From Eledone cirrhosa (taxonomy: Eukaryota): a DNA stretch of 64,000 bases. The DNA lies in contig OZ024749.1 in NCBI GenBank assembly GCA_964016885.1, positions 52,390,001 to 52,454,000 of the forward strand, read 5' to 3'. Positions 57,856 through 64,000 of this stretch are shown here, piece after piece; within the stretch, counting starts at the first letter, position 1; every line of letters starts with the position of its first letter. The notes under the pieces are model-generated. The model was not told the origin of the DNA and searched no databases. It worked only from the letters and a program-made list of their open reading frames with translations. Position numbers and translations under genes: made by a program.

Positions 57856-58508
57856 ACACACACATACTCTCTCTCACATACACACATACGCGCTCGCTCT
57901 CTCACACACACACTCTCTCATACATCCTCTCTCTCTCTCACACACACACCCTCTCTCTCACCAAACTGAACATCCTTGTCGTACCCTAAATAGTTTCACT
58001 GTTCACCTGGTTGTATCTGGTTCTATCTGGTTGTTTTAAGAAACCATATATTTCTAGTTTTGTTTTGTCTTTCTTGACAGCTAATTAATCCCGGGACTTT
58101 ATAAGCAACACATCAAATGTTATTCCAATCTTAATGGAATATTCGATGAAAATATTCCATTGTTTTATTTATAAAAGGTTGATACTCGAGTCTTAATCTT
58201 TCAGTTGTTCTACAACAGAGGTTCTCAAACTTTTTGGGACCACCGCCCCCTCACGGCCACGTAATACCCCCAGCGCCACCTAACCCTATTTCCAGAGAGA
58301 TCTGTCTACATGCAAATTGTAAATAATATGTAATAAATAAAATCGTTAATTTATATATAATATATAATATAATATATACTATGTATAAATAAATATTATA
58401 TATTTTTTATTTTACTATATTTATATATACTATTCATCATTTGATATTTAATATACTATTATATCAGCTCTAATTTGGTAGACGGAAACTATGTGGAAGT
58501 CCATCATG

Positions 58509-58568
<60 letters not shown>

Positions 58569-58576
<8 letters not shown>

Positions 58577-59117
58577 ATACTTTGGGAGGGTCATGTTGCC
58601 AATAAGAAACACACGCACCAGTTGCTTTCACTTCAATTTATTATAATAAATTTATAAATTTAGGAATTTATAAATTTTCGGTTGGTTGGTTGGTTCCACA
58701 ACCAGATGGTTGTTTATATATTGTCAAAGTTCTTTCGTCACACATTCTGTGACCTCTTCAGTGACTGGGGATTCTTTTCTTTGTTTTTTGTGCCTCTCCT
58801 TTGTTCTGTCCTACGCCATCAAAAACAAGATGGCGTAGGACAGAACAAAGGAGAGGCACAAAAAACAAAGAAAAGAATCCTCAGTCACTGAAGAGGTCAC
58901 AGAATGTGTGACGAAAGAACTTTGACAATATATAAACAATCTGGTTGTGGAACCAACCAACCGGAAATTTATAAATTCCTAAATTTATTATAATAAATTG
59001 AAGTGAAAACAACTGGTGCGTGTGTTTCTTATTGGCAACATGACCCTCCCAAAGTATAACAATATCGGTTTCAACACACGTTTTCAGATAAAGAATCTTG
59101 CTAAACAAACAGAAACG

Positions 59118-59120
<3 letters not shown>
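58569..59120 (+). mobile_element. Fold-back hammerhead element, family F; related pieces at 42147-42255 and about 18380-18440
   Basis: Arms 58569-58820 and 58829-59065 with an 8-nt loop and a few indels; 55-bp tail; (TA)n flanks. Confidence 0.75.
58884..58926 (+). ncRNA. Type I hammerhead motif, with a mirror copy on the - strand in the left arm of the palindrome
   Basis: gtca CTGAAGA g gtcaca-gaatg-tgtgac GAAA gaa CTT tgac; helix I gtca/tgac, 6-bp helix II. Confidence 0.75.
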
Positions 59121-59184
<64 letters not shown>

Positions 59185-59797
59185 CATAGAGAGAGAGAAT
59201 CGTCAGCCATGATGATCCCATCACTAAAATTTTCAAGTCTGAGACCTATTTTATCGATCTCTTTTTGTCGAACCGCTAGCTAACGGGACATGAACACAGA
59301 CACCCACACATAATACAAGCATGTGTGTGGATGTGTTTATGTATACATATACATACACAGAACACATATACACACACACACAGATATTCCATCCAACACT
59401 TGTCTTCTATATTCACACTGCTGCCGAGTTGTACAACGTCAGCAATAAAGACCAACTTTAGCAGTTCTGTTCAATATTGTGTGTGGTGTATGTTGTAGTT
59501 GAGATAAGGAACGAACGAGGTCTTAATTAGATTGCTTACTATAACAGACCGCAGATTCAGCGATGTGGTTAGATTTGCTGGGAGCCACATGGGTGACCCT
59601 GACAATACAAACTTGACCCTCCATTTCGATGGAGTTCTGTAAAGCTACTTTCATCAGCTGAAGATGACAGAAAGGGGAGCTTATCAGATATGTCTCCAAT
59701 AATTATCGCTTAGTTTCTTTATTTTATTTTATTTTTATTGTAGTTGTTGTTGTTTTGCCGCTACCATAACAAAAATACACACAAGCACACACACAAG

Positions 59798-59840
<43 letters not shown>

Positions 59841-60019
59841 GTATGCATATTACACGTCTTCGCAGATATATTCGCAAGATGAGAGAGAGAGTGGGGGAAG
59901 AAAGAGAAAAAGAGAAAGAAAATGAGAAAGAGAGAGTGAGAGAGCGAGAGAGAGAAAAAGGAGAAAGAGAGAGGAGGGGGGGAGAAAGAAAGAAAAAGAG
60001 AATGAGAGAGAGAGAATGA

Positions 60020-60069
<50 letters not shown>

Positions 60070-60478
60070 AAGAGACTTCAATAATTAATGATAATGTCTA
60101 TCTAAACATCATTTGTGTATCTTCCATTGTTTCGGTTTTGCTGTTTTATGGACTTCTCTTTAAAACAGACGATCGACGATCTCTTGGGATTCACTTCAAC
60201 AACAGCAGCCGACATCTTTCTAAGCAGACGATTTTAACAAAATTATAAAGGTTAACATGTTATCAACATCATACTCTCTCTCTCTTCCTCTCCTCTCACT
60301 TTATCTTTCTCTCTCCTCCCTTCCTCCCGCATTCTTTATTTTTTCACTCTCTCTCTCTCTCTTCCTCCCTAACTCCCTCCCTTATTTCTCTCACTCTCTC
60401 TCCTCCCTCCTTCCAATACTAACGTATTGAATAGCTTTTTAACAGTGGATATCTCCTAATACACATTTGGAATCTACG

Positions 60479-60523
<45 letters not shown>

Positions 60524-60592
60524 GAGTGCCCCAAAATGTATGTACATATTTAATAGAATGCTGTTGAAGTGTGTATGTAGTTTTGGGACACA

Positions 60593-60894
<302 letters not shown>

Positions 60895-61304
60895 GAAAAT
60901 GTGAAAGTCCCAAATGTAGAAAATAACTGTAATAACAGTTAATCACTAAATATGATTGTTAAGAAAATTAGATATATTACTCTTAAGAGATGTAAAACGT
61001 GGAGAGAAGTGTCTAGAAGTAATCGAACCCCGCGTCTCTTGAATACCGTGTGATTACTTTACTCTTACAACTGACACATCATCCCGTGGGGTTTCTGGTC
61101 TTATCGCCGACGACTTGACCACATAACAGGTTGTACTGGGTAACATGCTACCATCAGAACTGCTTCAGAAACTTCCAAAACATATCCCGGAAACAGTTGT
61201 TCTGAAGAGAGCAAACATAAGTTTTATAGAGGCAATGATTACGCTTAGTCTCCTAAGAGGTTCAGAACGTATGTGTGTGTATACATAAATGTTCTTAACA
61301 TAAT

Positions 61305-61555
61305 TGCCCCTCTGGTTAATAAACCTATCACGTATTGTTCTGAACTTCTCTGCCCCTCTGGCTAATAAGCATGTCATGTAATGTTATGGACTTTCTTTCC
61401 CCTCTGGCTAATAAGCATGTCATGTAATGTTATGAACTTTCTTGTCCCCCTGGCTAATAAATCTATCCCGTGATGTTTTGTACCTTTCTGCCCCTCTGGC
61501 TAATAATCGTGTCACGTAATGTTCTGAACTTCTCTACCCCTCTGGCTAACAAGCA
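61305..61555. repeat. Degenerate minisatellite of about 47 bp
   Basis: cccctctggctaataa recurs about 6 times. Confidence 0.85.
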
Positions 61556-62683
61556 AGTTTGGCTGTTATTTCTGGCACTTATATTGACCATGTAGATATA
61601 CAGCGGCTGGTGTTTGTTGCCGGCCTACATTCGCACAAACTGTCTCAGGCATTTTTTTTTTACTTCCAATTCATTGAGTTATCTTCCTTTTTCTTTTTAT
61701 AGAGAGTTAACTCCCTTGTTAAGATTTCTATTTTAATGTAAATAGAATACGTCCTTTATCTTCGTTTATTCAAGTTTCCTTTCTCCGTCTTTTTTCAGAC
61801 GTGTTCTTTCTTTGTGTGTATGTATGTATGCATGTATATATATATAGGAAAAAGTATGACCACGACGGCAGAGCTCAAGCCGTTTCGACGGCTAATATAT
61901 ATATAGACATTTGTTTTGTAGACTAACTTACCTTTAAAAGGTTTCTGTAATTTTTTTTCACTTTCCTGTTTCGGAGAAGAAAAAGATTAGTCTCGGCTAG
62001 AATTGAACGAGCAAGACATTTACAACAACACAGTAAAAATTAATGTATATAAATCTTTATTTCACACAGAGATATCGATGTTATTTACTTTTATTCACAA
62101 ATCAGACTATATTTTTGTAGCTATCTCGGTGGCTTAGTGGTAGGTATTATAGACAGTCTGGGGTTTCAATCTGAGTCAGAATCTACACTCTAAGGGGGTT
62201 TACTATTTACCCAGTGACTACACATGCTGGAATTATTGTTTGCCTCATTTTAAATTGAGTATTATTCAGTGTTCGGCCCAGTTTTTCTGCTTCTGTTTCA
62301 ATTTCGTTTATATTTTGTTCGATGTTTAGCACCAAGTTGAACATTTTTTGTCATCAATGGTATATTTACATTATAAATACATAAACACACGTTATATATA
62401 TATATATATATATAGGTAAGTTATTCCGGGTAACCACAGTTAGGTAAGTTATTTGGAGGTAACCACAGTAAGTGAATAGAAAATAAGTTACAAGGGTAGG
62501 TGATAGTGTAAAGTTTTTATGGATAATGGATTTACTTTAGAAAATAGGGGATGATGATGGTGATGAGGTAGAAATAGATATGAGAAAGGTGGGGTATGAA
62601 AAGAAAAAGAAAAGGAAAAAATGAAAGAAATGGGCATGATATATATGATGATGGTGATGATGATGACTTGAAAATAACTTAGG

Positions 62684-62905
62684 TGGGTAGGTGTGCATCA
62701 AGGTTCAGTCCTCAGCCCACTTTTGTTTATTATAGTTATCCAGGTCATAACAGAAGAGTTTAAGACTGGATGTTCATAGGCACTTTCTATATGCTGACAA
62801 CCTCAGAGCTGAATCTGTGAAAGAACTAGAGAGTAAATTCCAGCTGTGGAAACAGAACTTACAATGAAAAGGGCTGAGAATAAAACCAAAATGTTAATAA
62901 GTAAG
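62684..62905 (+). mobile_element. LINE (RTE-like) reverse transcriptase fragment, decayed
   Basis: VGVHQGSVLSPLLFIIV..., YADNL, ..ELESKFQLWKQNL; contains stops and frameshifts. Confidence 0.85.
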
Positions 62906-63369
62906 AAAGAAGACAGGACCCGAAAATAAATAAATATATAAAAATATTTGTTGGCAACACAAATTGAATTAATATACATATATAAATATGTGTGTATTGT
63001 TATTCTGTTGTATTTTCTCTTAACTTTAAAAAAGGCACTGAGTATTTTTCAGAATTTTGAAATGTTTTCTATCAGTCTATAAAATATATGACAATACTGT
63101 TTCAATGTCACACATAACTATGTGACAATACTGATTCAATGTCACACATAACTATATGACAGTACTGTTCCAATGTCACATAACTATATGACAATACTGT
63201 TTCAACGTCACATAACTAACAATGGCAAATGTGAGACTTAGAGTTTGTTGAACTTGGCAAGTTTCAGTCTACAAAATATAGACTCTTCTTCTTGTATTGA
63301 GTATTTTACCCTCTAGTTTGAAGCCCCAAAGTTTACCTACTGTATGTATGAATGTATATATATATATAT

Positions 63370-63568
63370 AACGAAGGTAATGTGGTAAGGAACCAGGTGG
63401 ACCATAATGCACCAAAGTACTCAATACTTAGGGTAGTAGAGTGGGTAATAGGAACGAGTAGGACCCCGACGGCTGAACTCAATCCTTTTCGACGGCTAAT
63501 TCTGGACTGTCCAGAATTAGCCGTCGAAACAGCTTGAGCTCAGCCGTCGGGGTCCTACTCGTTCCTAT
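63370..63568 (-). mobile_element. Fold-back element, family E; related pieces at about 20430-20480, 21105-21245, 38010-38102, 42858-43027, 55290-55441 and 61847-61895
   Basis: 60-bp arms (63448-63568) around T63508; shared tail gtggaccataa..gtactcaatacttagggtagtagagtgggtaatagg; GAAACGGC..GCCGTC helix III-like half. Confidence 0.7.
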
Positions 63569-64000
63569 ATATATATATATATATTCATATATATAGGGAG
63601 AGAGAGACTAGATGAGGGGTCCATGGATGAATCACTGAAAGGTAAAGGATTTAAGTCTTTTTAGCAGGTGTGTCCATGTAGGGTGGTAATCTGGTGGGGG
63701 CCTTCTCTGGTTTACACAGCACCGTATTACACGGGGTTGATGCAATAGAGATGTGCCTGAAATAACAACAACAAAAACATTCATTGTAGTAATGATAAAA
63801 ACAAGAGGCATTGTACAACATCAAAACAATACAATTCAACAAGAGATCTATTTATAGTAAGTAGTATTAGTTTGGTAAAGATATCCAAGATATAGAGCAA
63901 CTCAAGTCTGTAGGGCATGTTTAAATATAATTATTAAGGCCAGTTACTACAATGGTGCCATACCAGGTACTAATGTTTCATTAGTCCTGAGGACCAACTT

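Overview
Eukaryotic, AT-rich, microsatellite-saturated animal DNA. The SINE and repeat landscape looks like an octopod cephalopod (inference). Two genes can be read. (1) A + strand class II CPD photolyase (ATG 4319). It has eight shared GT-AG coding exons and two paralogous, intact, same-phase last exons (10276-10433 and 11406-11548), predicting isoforms of 504 and 499 aa. The isoforms differ in the C-terminal DNA-contacting region ([13 protein letters not shown] versus [13 protein letters not shown]). (2) A convergent - strand gene with four C2H2 fingers and ten 14-aa SP-containing repeats (15155-16649), with a candidate ATG exon about 16.7 kb upstream. The remaining ~47 kb holds microsatellites, minisatellites, SINEs, MITEs and RTE fragments. 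It also holds at least six unrelated short element families sitting in (TA)n tracts. These share one architecture: an inverted arm, a minimal hammerhead ribozyme (usually with a palindromic helix III) and an unpaired 3' tail. This fits Penelope-like retroelement ends. All calls were made by eye; no searches or folding programs were run.
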